A DNA stretch of 64,000 nt from Planctomycetota bacterium (GCA_038227875.1 JBBRPR010000030.1:1-64000); one strand, 5' to 3'. Shown: positions 9,675-19,749, counted from the first letter of the stretch. Program-made: numbers and translations. Notes: generated from the sequence alone by a model not told the origin.

Positions 9675-12365
9675 ATGCAACCGCGGTTTCCCACGGCGCG
9701 AATTCAAGGCGCGCTCCTTGTTCTTCTCACGTTCGCCGTCTACGCGCCGGCGCTGTTTCATGGTTTTGTCTGGGACGATTATACGCACCTCCTATTGAAC
9801 GGTCTGATCCCGCAGCCCGACGGTCTGGAGCGCATCTGGTTTCATCTCAGCTTTCAGCAGTACCAGCCGCTGCAACTGACCACACATTGGCTTGAGTACC
9901 GCATCTGGGGTTTCGATCCGCTCGGGTATCACGCGGTCAACATCGTCCTGCATGCCGGAGTTGGACTGTTGCTGTGGCGCGTGCTGCTGCGCCTGGAACT
10001 GCCCTGTGCCTGGCTGTGCGCGGCGGTCTTTCTGGTCCATCCGGTCAATGCGGAAACGGCCGGGTACATTACCGAGCGGCGCAACCTGATCTCCGGCGCC
10101 TGCTATCTCGGCGCGATACTCTTCTGGTTCCGCTTTGAGGAACACGAAGAAAAGCGCTGGTACGCGGCGGCGCTGGCGCTCTTTTTTCTCGGACTCTTCG
10201 CCAAGACCGTCATCTGCACGCTCCCTGCGATTCTGCTGCTGCTGCGCTGGATGCGCGGCAAGCCGCTGCGTCTCCGCGACATTGTATACGTGATTCCGTT
10301 TGGAATCGTGGCGCTGCCTCTGGCGCTGCTCACGGCGTTCATGGAAAACTACCTGATTGGCGCGCACGGCTACGAATGGGCGTTCACGTTTTCACAGCGC
10401 GTGATCATCTGCTGCCATGCGCTCTGGTTCTACGCGTGGAAGATCCTCTACCCGGTCAACCTGATGTTCTTCTACCCGCGCTGGAATGTTGACGGCAGCG
10501 ACTGGATGCAGTGGCTCTACGTCGGTGGCGCGGCGCTCGTTGGACTCAGTCTGATTCCACTCACGCGCCGCTTCGGACGTCGCCCCGCGGCGGCGCTGCT
10601 CTATTTCGCAATCACGCTCTTTCCCGCGCTGGGATTCGCCACGTTTTATCCGCAGCGCTTCTCGTTTGTCGCCGATCACTTCCAATACCTGGCGACAATC
10701 GGCATCATCGTGCTCGCCGTGGGTGTGCTTCACGCATTTTACTTAAAGCTGCTGGCGGAATCCGATTCACTGCGCTCGTCACAAAAGTTTCCACTGTTCG
10801 CCAACGCGGCGCTGCCGCTGCTGCTGAGCACGCTGCTGCTGCTATATCTTCCGGCGCTCAACAACGACGATACGGTCTATGCGGATATCCTGAGCAAGAA
10901 TAACGACTGCTGGATCGCGCACACCAACGTTGCGGCGAAGCTGTACCAACGAGGCGATTTCGCCCGCTCCACTCGCCATCTCGAAGAAGCTCACCGCATC
11001 GTCCCGCACGAACTGGAAGTGATGCAGAACCTGGGCGAAAGCTATGAGAAGCAGGGCCGCATCGACGAAGCCCGCGCGATCTTCGAGACTGGAATCAGCG
11101 AGTCGCCGGCCGAAGAGATGATTGCCAACGCCAGGGAGCGCGAGAACATTATCGCGGGCAAAGGATTCCTGAATGTCTATGAGATGCACCGCATCGAGGC
11201 GACGCTGGCGATGCATCTGGACCTGGCGCGGCTCGACCAGCGCGCAAACCGCCGCGACAGTGCCAGGGCGCATTTGGCCAAGGCGGAGGCCCTGCGCCCT
11301 ACCTCGATCAAACCCGTCCTCGCCCACGCGGAGATGCTCGCCACGGACGGCCATCTCGACGCAGCGCTTGCCGAATGCGACCGCGCCGCGCAGATCAATC
11401 TGTCCTCCGCACAGCCGCTAGTGACGAAGGCCGAATTGTACGTCCGGTACTCCGGCTCAGGTAGATTGACCGACTCCTTTGAAAAGGCCGAAGCCGCGTA
11501 CCGCGCTGCGCTGACGCGCGATCCCGGGCACGTTCAGGCGCTCACGGGACTCTGCGAAATCCTGATCATGCAGCAGAAGTTCGATGAATCTGCGTCCGTA
11601 GCTCGGCAAGGCCTGGCCGCGAGCAAAGACAATGCGTCCCTGAACATCGTGCTGGCGCGCGCGCTGCAGGCGAAGGGCGATTTTGCCGGCGCAGCGAAGG
11701 CGTACAACGCCGCCCTCGAAATCGAACCGAAGAATATCAAAGCGCTCTCGGGATTCGCAAATCTCTGCCTCCAAGGCAATCAGGACAAACTGGCGGAGAC
11801 GATGCTACGCCAGGTCCTTGAACTCAACCCGAACTCCGCCGTCGATCGCGAGAACCTTGGCGTTGCTCTCGCGCGTCAGGGACGGTACGAAGAAGCCATT
11901 CCGATCATTCAGGAATGTCGAGCGATAGCGCCGTCGTTAGCGCTCGACCTGAATCTGAAGCATCTCTTTCTAAAGACCGGTCGCTACGCAGAAGCCATTG
12001 CGCTGCTTGAGACGAGGCTGGCCCAGTCGAACAATCCCGCCGAGAAGTCCCGGGTCACGCGGGATCTGGCCTTCCTGCTGGTCGCCGCTCCGGATGAAAA
12101 AATTCGCAACGGCACAAAAGGAATCAGCCTGTCTCAGGACCTGCTGAACTCCGCGGGTGGCCCCGACGCACAAAGCGCCGATGCCGCCGACGCACTGCAC
12201 GTAATGGCCGCCGCGCAAGCCGAAGGCGGCGATTTTGACGCCGCTGTGAAAACCTCCCAGCAGGCGTACGCTAAAGCCATCGCCGCAAAACAACCCGCGC
12301 TCGCTCAGGAAATCGCCGAGCACCAGAAATTCTACGAAGCCAAAAAACCGTACCGCCTGCCGTGA
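9675..12365 (+). CDS. TMTC-like GT-C membrane protein with C-terminal TPR repeats
   Basis: F.WDD, Y.PL, GYH.VN..LH, F.VHP...E, ADHFQY motifs in a multi-TM N-half; TPRs in the C-half. Confidence 0.8.
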   Translation: MQPRFPTARIQGALLVLLTFAVYAPALFHGFVWDDYTHLLLNGLIPQPDGLERIWFHLSFQQYQPLQLTTHWLEYRIWGFDPLGYHAVNIVLHAGVGLLLWRVLLRLELPCAWLCAAVFLVHPVNAETAGYITERRNLISGACYLGAILFWFRFEEHEEKRWYAAALALFFLGLFAKTVICTLPAILLLLRWMRGKPLRLRDIVYVIPFGIVALPLALLTAFMENYLIGAHGYEWAFTFSQRVIICCHALWFYAWKILYPVNLMFFYPRWNVDGSDWMQWLYVGGAALVGLSLIPLTRRFGRRPAAALLYFAITLFPALGFATFYPQRFSFVADHFQYLATIGIIVLAVGVLHAFYLKLLAESDSLRSSQKFPLFANAALPLLLSTLLLLYLPALNNDDTVYADILSKNNDCWIAHTNVAAKLYQRGDFARSTRHLEEAHRIVPHELEVMQNLGESYEKQGRIDEARAIFETGISESPAEEMIANARERENIIAGKGFLNVYEMHRIEATLAMHLDLARLDQRANRRDSARAHLAKAEALRPTSIKPVLAHAEMLATDGHLDAALAECDRAAQINLSSAQPLVTKAELYVRYSGSGRLTDSFEKAEAAYRAALTRDPGHVQALTGLCEILIMQQKFDESASVARQGLAASKDNASLNIVLARALQAKGDFAGAAKAYNAALEIEPKNIKALSGFANLCLQGNQDKLAETMLRQVLELNPNSAVDRENLGVALARQGRYEEAIPIIQECRAIAPSLALDLNLKHLFLKTGRYAEAIALLETRLAQSNNPAEKSRVTRDLAFLLVAAPDEKIRNGTKGISLSQDLLNSAGGPDAQSADAADALHVMAAAQAEGGDFDAAVKTSQQAYAKAIAAKQPALAQEIAEHQKFYEAKKPYRLP

Positions 12366-12368
12366 TCT

Positions 12369-13154
12369 TTATTTATTGATCGGCGCAAGTTTCGGCGCTT
12401 CTGCTGGCACGTCTTTCTTCGCCTCGTCCGGTTTCTTTTCGGTCGTCGCGGCATCAGGTTTGGCCGGGTCTTTCGGAGGCTCTTCCGGCGCGTCCTTCTC
12501 CAGGTCCACCGGCACCGAGTCGCGCAGCATCGGATTGCGTGTGAGCATCAACGGCAGTCGCATCTTCCGTCCGTCGCGCTCGATCATGATCAGCGCCACG
12601 TTCGTCGGTCCGATGTTGATGACTTCACGCATCAAATCCTTCACGCCGCAGACCGGTTTGCCGTTGACTTCGAGCAACTTGTCGGAGGTCGCGACGCCAC
12701 CCATTTCCGCGGGGAACGGTTTCTTCAGGCCCATGGAACTGGCGTTGGCGATCCCAATCACGCGCACCGTGGGATGATCCGCTCCTGCGCGCGTGGCAGC
12801 GTCTTCGTTCTCATCCTCGGGAGGTTGTTCCTCCTGCAGATTCACGCCCATGAACCCGCGCCCGCGCAGCGCAATCAGCAGTTCGTTGGCCGCAATGCGT
12901 AATTCCGTATCATCGGATTTTGAGGCGTATTCCAACGCCGGAAGCGCCGGACGGCCGATGTTGAAGAGCTCGCGCCGCGCCGCATCCCGTTCGCCGAAAC
13001 TGTCGGAGTTCAGCGCCTTGATCAAGGCGTCGATGTGTGCCGCGTCAGTAGATGTTTTCGTGGAAGAATCCGGCTCCGCGCCAAATCCGCACGCGGCAAC
13101 GCTCAGCAATAGTGCAGCCACAGCGAGCATTTGAAACCGCTTCGACATCGCCAA
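12369..13154 (-). CDS. Exported protein with HEAT-like N-region and PDZ domain
   Basis: Signal peptide; 'L.SDSF.ERDAA..L'; 'GFMGV...PA..GG....D.LLEVNG..V'. Confidence 0.7.
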   Translation of the reverse strand: MAMSKRFQMLAVAALLLSVAACGFGAEPDSSTKTSTDAAHIDALIKALNSDSFGERDAARRELFNIGRPALPALEYASKSDDTELRIAANELLIALRGRGFMGVNLQEEQPPEDENEDAATRAGADHPTVRVIGIANASSMGLKKPFPAEMGGVATSDKLLEVNGKPVCGVKDLMREVINIGPTNVALIMIERDGRKMRLPLMLTRNPMLRDSVPVDLEKDAPEEPPKDPAKPDAATTEKKPDEAKKDVPAEAPKLAPINK

Positions 13155-13195
13155 TCCCCGGAAGGCTGTACCTTAAACGCCAGATACAGCCCTTG

Positions 13196-13361
13196 CTAGT
13201 GTAGTGCCCCACTCTGATTGAATTTTTTGCTTGGTGCTTTCGGCCGTGCTCTTCGTTGCGTGCTCGTCACAGGTTACATTAAACATGCTCCTCGCGCGCG
13301 CCTCGATCACGGCCGAAATCCCCGGCGCTAAAACTTCAATCAGGGTGGGGCGCTACACTAG
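13196..13361. mobile_element. 166-bp MITE-like element with ~27-bp terminal inverted repeats and CTAG ends
   Basis: ctagtgtagtgcccactctgattgaa ... ttcaatcagggtggggcgctacactag, plus internal tttcggccgtg/cacggccgaaa; no transposase. Confidence 0.7.
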
Positions 13362-13397
13362 TAATGAACGCCGCCGAATGCGAAGAGTTACCGAAAA

Positions 13398-13847
13398 TCA
13401 GTCCGGCAACAGCACCAATTTGTCGAACGCACCCCGATCCTCGCGTAGCCGCCAGAACGTCAGCTCGCCGGGACCGTCTGCTCCGATGACTTGGATAGCG
13501 TAGACAAAATACTCGCGCGCCACGTCGAACAGACCCTGCGCCATCTCCAGATCAATCGACGACGGCAACGCCACTCCGTCCGGATGGCTGTGAAAAAAGC
13601 CGATGATGCGTTGCGGGGTGTCGCGCAGTTGCGCTTCCAGCGCGCCGTAGCTGAGCGGATCGATTTCGAAGCGGTCGTCGGTGCTCGGCGCCTGCCGGTT
13701 GGGCAGACCCACCGCGCGCTCGATCCGCGCACGATCGCCCAGCGTGCCGATCAGCGCGCCGCAGCCTTCATGCGGATACGCCGCGACAAGATGCGCCGTG
13801 AGCGCTGCGCGGGCTTCTGAAGAAAGTTGAACCTGCGCTGTTTCCAT
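13398..13847 (-). CDS. JAB/MPN (M67) metalloprotease
   Basis: YPHEGCG.L.G and FFHSHPD..A.PS..D JAMM motif. Confidence 0.9.
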   Translation of the reverse strand: METAQVQLSSEARAALTAHLVAAYPHEGCGALIGTLGDRARIERAVGLPNRQAPSTDDRFEIDPLSYGALEAQLRDTPQRIIGFFHSHPDGVALPSSIDLEMAQGLFDVAREYFVYAIQVIGADGPGELTFWRLREDRGAFDKLVLLPD

Positions 13848-13879
13848 CGCGGCAGTGTACCGCACGCGACGGCCTCGAT

Positions 13880-15076
13880 TCAACGGTCAACCGGGGGCTG
13901 ATTTTCGGCGACGGTGATCAGAATCTCGTTGGAAATCAACTGTCCCCCGCCCCAGTAATTTTCATCCACCAGCCGCTGCTGATCGACCCGCGGGCCCGGG
14001 CAATCGAAATGCGCGCGGATCGCGTAGGTTCCGAACTCCGGCAGATCGACGTAGCCCTGCGGAAAGTTCAGCCGGATCGAGGTCTTGCCGGCGTCCTTCT
14101 TCGCTTCCAGATTCAGTTCGAGCGCCAGCGGCTGCTCCGCGAATCCGGCAACCGTGTGCTGAACCGGCAAGGTCGAACTTTTCGGGCTGTCCGCCGCAAT
14201 CGCCGAGGGCGTGAACACGGTCTTCAACGCCGGCCCGGTCGGCCGGCCTTTGCCGTCCGCCGCAAAAATATCGAAGGCCGTGACCGCGCGCAGACTTTCG
14301 CCCGTCAGCGTCGTGCCGCTCACCACATTTATTTCCGTGCCCGTGATGTTGGCCAGATTCGCGTTGATCACGCGCCGGTCGCCATCGTGAAATTCGACGC
14401 TGGCAGGATGCAGCGCCAGCCGCAGCCCGTTCACCGGCGGCCCGCTGGTCACGAGCGGAAGCAGTGTGCGCGCCGCCGCGGAGATCGAGCGCTCCGGCTG
14501 CGCTTCGTACTTCTGCAGAATTGGAATGATGTACGGCCCCTGCTCGGCGAGCTTGGCCAATCCTTCGTGGCTGCCGTCGCGGCTGCCGTTGGCGGCCTGC
14601 TCGATCCAACCCTTGATGTCGCCATCGCCAAGCGCTTCCGAAAAATCCGGCGGCTCGCCGTGATCGCCAATGAAACGCAGCGTGGAGAGCAGCACCGGCG
14701 CGCGCAGATCGGTCAGCTTGACCAGCCCCGCGTTGTTCGCACCGGGCTTCGTGTGCCAGTCGCCCTGCGAACCGCGCTGCAGGAAGAGCATCCAGAGCTG
14801 CGGGCTGACTTCGCCGCCGGGCAGGTCCTTCTGGCCGATCCAAATAATGTCGCGCCCGCCGCGCAGCCGGCCTTTGACCGAGCGCACAATCCAGAGCGCA
14901 AACGAGCCGCCCGCTTCGCGGGGCAGCGCCGCCTGGCTGCTCACCCGCGCGACGACCACCGCTTCGCTCTCGATTGCGAGCTGCTGAATCGCGTCGTCAA
15001 GCTTCACCGGTTCGGCCGCTGAAACAGTCGCCGCGCAACACCACACCAACGCCACCACTGCCTGGAAACGAAGCAT
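13880..15076 (-). CDS. Exported hypothetical protein
   Basis: Signal peptide ending in VSA; 398 aa; no recognised domain. Confidence 0.65.
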   Translation of the reverse strand: MLRFQAVVALVWCCAATVSAAEPVKLDDAIQQLAIESEAVVVARVSSQAALPREAGGSFALWIVRSVKGRLRGGRDIIWIGQKDLPGGEVSPQLWMLFLQRGSQGDWHTKPGANNAGLVKLTDLRAPVLLSTLRFIGDHGEPPDFSEALGDGDIKGWIEQAANGSRDGSHEGLAKLAEQGPYIIPILQKYEAQPERSISAAARTLLPLVTSGPPVNGLRLALHPASVEFHDGDRRVINANLANITGTEINVVSGTTLTGESLRAVTAFDIFAADGKGRPTGPALKTVFTPSAIAADSPKSSTLPVQHTVAGFAEQPLALELNLEAKKDAGKTSIRLNFPQGYVDLPEFGTYAIRAHFDCPGPRVDQQRLVDENYWGGGQLISNEILITVAENQPPVDR

Positions 15077-15331
15077 CGAATCCCCTCAGAAAATATAAGT
15101 CGCAAGAACGAGTGGAGCCTAGCGTCGCCGCAGGAGGATGCCACCGATGAAATCCATTTTTGAGCTCCAGGGAATGGATCGTCAAACGGCCGGGTTGCGG
15201 CGAGCGATTTCGCCCTCTGTCCGCCGGCGCGAAGAAGAATTTTCGAAGAATCCGTGCACGAAAGTGCGTCGTAACTTGCCAGCGCGAAGTTTGTTTGGTA
15301 AAAGAATCGTGCTCGACAACCGTACTTCAAA

Positions 15332-15418
15332 GCCGGGGTGGCGGAATTGGCAGACGCGCTAGCTTCAGGAGCTAGTCCTAGCAATAGGGTGCAGGTTCAA
15401 CTCCTGTCCTCGGCACCA
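15332..15418 (+). tRNA. tRNA-Leu(CAG)
   Basis: gccgggg/ctcggca acceptor stem, D loop ggaattggcagac, anticodon arm ctagc-ttCAGga-gctag, long variable arm, T loop ggttcaactcc, encoded CCA. Confidence 0.97.
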
Positions 15419-15419
15419 T
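15360..15419 (+). repeat. attL core (3' part of tRNA-Leu)
   Basis: Identical to 30999-31058. Confidence 0.95.
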
Positions 15420-15447
15420 CAAAAACACCTATGATAATGACCACTAT

Positions 15448-15484
15448 AGAGCCCCGCGGATAACCCCGCGGGGTTTCTTTTTGC
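15448..15484 (+). terminator. Element-supplied terminator after tRNA
   Basis: ccccgcgg-ataacc-ccgcgggg followed by tttctttttg. Confidence 0.8.
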
Positions 15485-15546
15485 TTGTATATTCCTAAGG
15501 ATTATTATAAGAATCAGATTCCTAAGACCCTCAGGAGTCCCAAGCC

Positions 15547-16818
15547 ATGCGCAAGGAATTGAAGCTTCGACAAGAGCCCAAGGGTAAGAGCTTCTCCGCC
15601 TACTTCTGGCATCCGATCCGCAAGAAGACCTGGCGCATCCGCCTCGGTAAGACTGCCGCGATCGCGGAAACAAACCTCCGCTACTTGAACGCCATCTTCA
15701 TGCATCCGGACCGCTGGGAGAAGCTGCCCGACGACACACCGTTGACGATTCAGCGGCAATGGGAGGGCATCGAAGAAGGCGCGGAGCTCACCGGCGCCGA
15801 CCTGACGCCCGGCGCCGCGGCGGTATACGCGGCCGACAATCAGCAGCTCAGGGACGAAAACACCATGCTCCGCGCTGAAAACCGCAAGCTGCGCAAGATG
15901 CTCGAGCGCGAGCGCGGTAAGAAGCTCCGCGATGGCCCTTCCCCGACGTTGCGCGAGGCTCTGGACGCGTGGAAGAAAGGATTCAAGGGAAAGGACCCCG
16001 ACCACATCAACATCGTTTGTTGGGACCTGGAGCGCTTCGTGAAGCACTTCAAGGCCGACACGCCCGTCGACGATATCGAGAACCACGAGACTGAAGTTGA
16101 AAAGTGGCTGGCCGGGCTGGTCACGCGCGAAGTCAAAGACGCCGACGAAAACATCATCAAGCCGTCCAAGCCGATCAGCGCAGGCCGTCGCCAACAGATC
16201 CGGCGGCATGTTCTCCGCTTCCTGGAGGACTCTGGCGCGATGATCAACCGCAAGGGCGTTGCTGTGCCGAAGCGCAAGGACGTCAGGCGTGACCGCGGCG
16301 CCATCCGCTGGCTTGAAGCCGATCAGATGGCCGCGGTGGCCGCGGCGCTGCCGGAAGCGTGGCGTGACGTGTTCACGGTTCAATGCGCGATCGGCCTCCG
16401 CCCGTCCGAGCTGCCGACGTTGAAGAAAGCCGACCTTTCCGGCGACTGTGAGCGGCTGACGTTGTCACCACTGGGTGAGCTGACGTTGAAGACCGGTTCG
16501 CGCACGATCACGCTTACCCGCTACCCCGCTGCGCAGGAAGTCTTGAAGCGGCTGTCTGCCGACCGGGAAATCATCTTCAATGAAGGCGGGAAGGCGTGGG
16601 TACTGAAGCGGTTTTTCAAGCAGTACAACGATGCCCTGAACGCGGTGGGCAAGGCCTCTGGCGTGCCCTTCCGGCTTGACTGTCGAGTCGGGCGGCGGAC
16701 CTGCGCTTCCCAGCTCATCCGGGCAGGCCGGCCGATTGAAGCCGTGGCCGCGCTGCTTGGCGACGATCCGAACACGATCCGCGAGCATTACGGCAAGCTG
16801 CGGAGCGATGAAGCGTAA
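15547..16818 (+). CDS. Tyrosine recombinase/integrase
   Basis: GLRPSEL, LKT, RRTCAS, VAALLGD, EHYG; adjacent to attL. Confidence 0.9.
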   Translation: MRKELKLRQEPKGKSFSAYFWHPIRKKTWRIRLGKTAAIAETNLRYLNAIFMHPDRWEKLPDDTPLTIQRQWEGIEEGAELTGADLTPGAAAVYAADNQQLRDENTMLRAENRKLRKMLERERGKKLRDGPSPTLREALDAWKKGFKGKDPDHINIVCWDLERFVKHFKADTPVDDIENHETEVEKWLAGLVTREVKDADENIIKPSKPISAGRRQQIRRHVLRFLEDSGAMINRKGVAVPKRKDVRRDRGAIRWLEADQMAAVAAALPEAWRDVFTVQCAIGLRPSELPTLKKADLSGDCERLTLSPLGELTLKTGSRTITLTRYPAAQEVLKRLSADREIIFNEGGKAWVLKRFFKQYNDALNAVGKASGVPFRLDCRVGRRTCASQLIRAGRPIEAVAALLGDDPNTIREHYGKLRSDEA

Positions 16819-16878
16819 TGCATTTTAACATTGCTATTTAACATTCACGCGCTAGGGTATCGGCAGAAAGGAGGGCAC

Positions 16879-17058
16879 ATGGGACAGATTGAAAGAGCGC
16901 TCCGCGATGCCATTAAACGCAGCGGATTTACCGGCAAAGACCTTGCCATCAAAGCAAAAGTAGACCAGTCCGCAGTAAGCCGCTTCCTGGCAGGCAAGAC
17001 GTTGACGATTGCGACCGCGGAGAAGCTGGCGAAAGTGCTTGGCTTGGAGTTGAAATAA
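16879..17058 (+). CDS. XRE/Cro-like HTH regulator
   Basis: AGGAGG RBS; 'DLAIKAKVDQSAVSRFLAG...TAEKLAKVLGL'. Confidence 0.88.
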   Translation: MGQIERALRDAIKRSGFTGKDLAIKAKVDQSAVSRFLAGKTLTIATAEKLAKVLGLELK

Positions 17059-17188
17059 TTGTCGCGGCTGGCAGGTGTTCGAAGCACCCGCCAACCGCTA
17101 AACCGCAACACGAGTGAACCGTGCAGCGATCTGCCGACAATCATACCGGCGCGCTGCCATTTCCGCTAAGGCGGAGAAGGTGCGAACG

Positions 17189-17893
17189 ATGAAAAACCGA
17201 CATAAGCCGAAATCTCTCGACGGCTACCCGCTCGACAAGCCCAACAAAAACAGTCTTTGGTCGCATTGCAACGACCTTCATATTCTCGACGATGCCCGCC
17301 ATGACGGTCTGACGTTCAAGCCCATCGGCTACACGCCGACGTACCTGCCATCACCGGCGCAGGAACTGGGCGCACACACTGCTCCACTGTTTGCTGGCCG
17401 CGTCGATGGCTGGTGTCAGTGGCCGAATATGTGGCACGGAGATTTTGCCGTCTGTCGCGTTCTCTCCGCCCCGTTGGAACTCAGCGGCCGCAATCTCGAC
17501 TCCAAGCCGTTGACCGCTGACGAGGTTCTCCGCTGGCAGGAATATGAAGACCAGTACGTGTGTGTGTCGATGGCTGGCAGGGGGCTGGGCGTCAAGCGGC
17601 TGGGTGTGGACACCCGCAGGCCGGGACGCGCGAAGATTGTACTTGGCGTGGATAACGCTCCACACTTCCAACCGTGGTTCGTTGACACTGAGGACTTGCC
17701 CGTCGTCGTGTTCGCCGTCGTCGAGCTGGTCATTCCCGCGGACCGCGGCGCGGATCAGATCCCCGACCAGTTGAAGGCGGAGTATGAGCGGCTGTATCGA
17801 CTCGACGGCACCCGCAAGTCAAACCCTGACCGCAACGGCGTTGAACGTCCGGCGAAAGTGGTGCAGATGCCGGGATCGGCGGTGCAGAAATGA
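17189..17893 (+). CDS. S24 (LexA/CI/UmuD) peptidase-like domain protein
   Basis: RVDGWCQWPNMWHGDFAV resembles RV.GDSM.P.I..GD; VKRL; L..DN..F.P. Confidence 0.5.
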   Translation: MKNRHKPKSLDGYPLDKPNKNSLWSHCNDLHILDDARHDGLTFKPIGYTPTYLPSPAQELGAHTAPLFAGRVDGWCQWPNMWHGDFAVCRVLSAPLELSGRNLDSKPLTADEVLRWQEYEDQYVCVSMAGRGLGVKRLGVDTRRPGRAKIVLGVDNAPHFQPWFVDTEDLPVVVFAVVELVIPADRGADQIPDQLKAEYERLYRLDGTRKSNPDRNGVERPAKVVQMPGSAVQK

Positions 17894-18312
17894 GTCTTTT
17901 AGAGCGACTGCATTTAGCCTGTATAGGACTCTGCCGAATGCTGATCCAGAGTCGGCTTGACGGAAGAATTTTAGATGAGCAGATTTTACAAGCGAGACTC
18001 GGAGCGACAGTCCGCCGGCGCCGAGCTATCCGCCGTTTCATTGAACAGAACCCGCGTTTTCTCGGATGCTGCGGCAACGAATACCCTGAGTTGCTGGCCG
18101 AATGCAAGCGCTTGCAAATTCCGCTTACTCATAAAAAACTCCTTCGCGTAGTGACGCGACAGGAAGAGCGTTTGAAAAACGAATTCACGCCAGACTTTCA
18201 ACATCAGCGCGAGAGGGAGAGGCAAGTTTTCGCCGTCGAAATGTCCGCATTGTTCGCGCAAGGAAAGAAGCGCGGCCGTTCGAAGAAAGCGCAGAAGGGC
18301 GGTGCGGCATGA
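17890..18312 (+). CDS. Hypothetical protein (element)
   Basis: ATGA overlaps on both sides; ends in GGAA, typical of phage operons. Confidence 0.65.
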   Translation: MSLLERLHLACIGLCRMLIQSRLDGRILDEQILQARLGATVRRRRAIRRFIEQNPRFLGCCGNEYPELLAECKRLQIPLTHKKLLRVVTRQEERLKNEFTPDFQHQRERERQVFAVEMSALFAQGKKRGRSKKAQKGGAA

Positions 18313-18722
18313 AAACCTGCCCGTTCTGTAAAATCAACACCGAGTGCCTTCAGGAGCACATATGGAAAACCTGTCGCAAGTTCTGCAAGTCGGGGCCTGC
18401 GTGGACGGCTTTCTATGCGAAAATTGACCGCCTCAAACTGGCGCGGGCGGAGTGCGGCAAGTTGCTGGCGCTGATGCGGCGCACGCCAGTTGCCGGTGCG
18501 GTGTCGGTCGCTGTCGTCGAACGGCGGTTGAGTTATCTGTCACTGGCGATCCGGATGATGCGCGAGACCGGCCAAATCGAGACCGGGCTGCCGAGCGTCG
18601 AGGAAATCCGTGCGGCGGTAGTTCGGGAGATGAATTCCGGCGAGTACGCTGAGAAGTTGCAGCGCAGCAAACAGGAAATGGCCGCGAGCTTTTTCGCGCG
18701 ACCCCTGAAGCCGAAGCTGTAG
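18309..18722 (+). CDS. Hypothetical protein with N-terminal zinc-finger-like motif
   Basis: CPFC...L.EHI...C; ATGA coupling. Confidence 0.65.
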   Translation: MKTCPFCKINTECLQEHIWKTCRKFCKSGPAWTAFYAKIDRLKLARAECGKLLALMRRTPVAGAVSVAVVERRLSYLSLAIRMMRETGQIETGLPSVEEIRAAVVREMNSGEYAEKLQRSKQEMAASFFARPLKPKL

Positions 18723-18837
18723 AATTCATAGAATAACTAGGAGTAAGTGCGCCGGGGATAGGCTGATCCCCGAAAGTGCGGACCATCCATCCGCATTTCC
18801 CCGGCGGTTTTTCTCACTGGATTGCAGGGGACTGCGC

Positions 18838-19497
18838 ATGGCTGATTCCATTTGGGTTCGTCGTTTTATTCAACTCAATGATCTTGCCGAAATACTTTCG
18901 GCACAAGGCGCTGGCTTCACGGATATGGAAGCGGGCTACGGCGATGGGATGGCCGGCGACGTTCCATCCTGGAACGGCTTCCACCCACAGATTTATAACG
19001 CGCAGTCGATCTTGATTGAACTTTTCCCGCACGCCAACCCGCAGGTGTTCGAAGAGGCCTATCAGTGCATTTTCGATGCTCACATGGCCGTCAAGAAGTC
19101 CACGACGCCTGACTATTCCGCTCTGCGCAGGGCAATGGCGGGCGCGTGTTTCTGGTTGAACAAAGTACGCGCGAAAGCAAACGAGATGGCCCATGCCGCG
19201 GGCCCAGCCAAAACGCTCACGAAACTGGCTGCGAAGGTATCAACCCACGGGCAACCGCTGACGGAGACGCAGAACCGGCTTTCAGTCGCGGATGTTTGGC
19301 CATGGCGTGTGCCGTCGAAGACGTTAAAGGATGTCGCCAAGCATCTGTCGCCGATTGTGAAAAAGGCAGAGCGAACGGTCAAGGGATGGAGCGTCCAATA
19401 CGGTTGGTCAACGGCAAATCGCCCGAATGATCGCGAGGTGCTCGTGGCAAAAGACAAGGTCCTAAAGACGCTTCGCGAGATGCAGATTATCCAATAA
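18838..19497 (+). CDS. Hypothetical protein, possible C-terminal HTH
   Basis: 219 aa; 'TLKDVAKHL.....ERTVKGW'. Confidence 0.55.
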   Translation: MADSIWVRRFIQLNDLAEILSAQGAGFTDMEAGYGDGMAGDVPSWNGFHPQIYNAQSILIELFPHANPQVFEEAYQCIFDAHMAVKKSTTPDYSALRRAMAGACFWLNKVRAKANEMAHAAGPAKTLTKLAAKVSTHGQPLTETQNRLSVADVWPWRVPSKTLKDVAKHLSPIVKKAERTVKGWSVQYGWSTANRPNDREVLVAKDKVLKTLREMQIIQ

Positions 19498-19602
19498 TTT
19501 CCGCACGTTTCCGCACCTATTTCATAGGTACGGATTACATACCTCCAAATCCGCACCCGCAGCATCATCGCTTATTGAATTTCCTGCCTTAAATCCGTGC
19601 TC

Positions 19603-19749
19603 ATGAAAATTGTGAGCCTACATATCGCCGTCGGCAACCGCGTCTGTCACAGATCAGCGCGAAGTCTGCGACGGCTTAAGCCCGAGAACCAGAAGTCACT
19701 GGCTAAAGAATTGTTGCGCCTGTTGCGGCAATTACAGGGGGTCGCATGA
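19603..19749 (+). CDS. Small hypothetical protein (48 aa, below ORF-track cutoff)
   Basis: MKIVSLHIAVG...LQGVA; ATGA overlap with next ORF. Confidence 0.45.
   Translation: MKIVSLHIAVGNRVCHRSARSLRRLKPENQKSLAKELLRLLRQLQGVA

Noticed and set aside
13398..13847. JAB protein as part of a CBASS/ubiquitin-like defence system
   Set aside because: No E1/E2, ubiquitin-like or cyclase genes nearby; it resembles the housekeeping sulfur-carrier-processing type.
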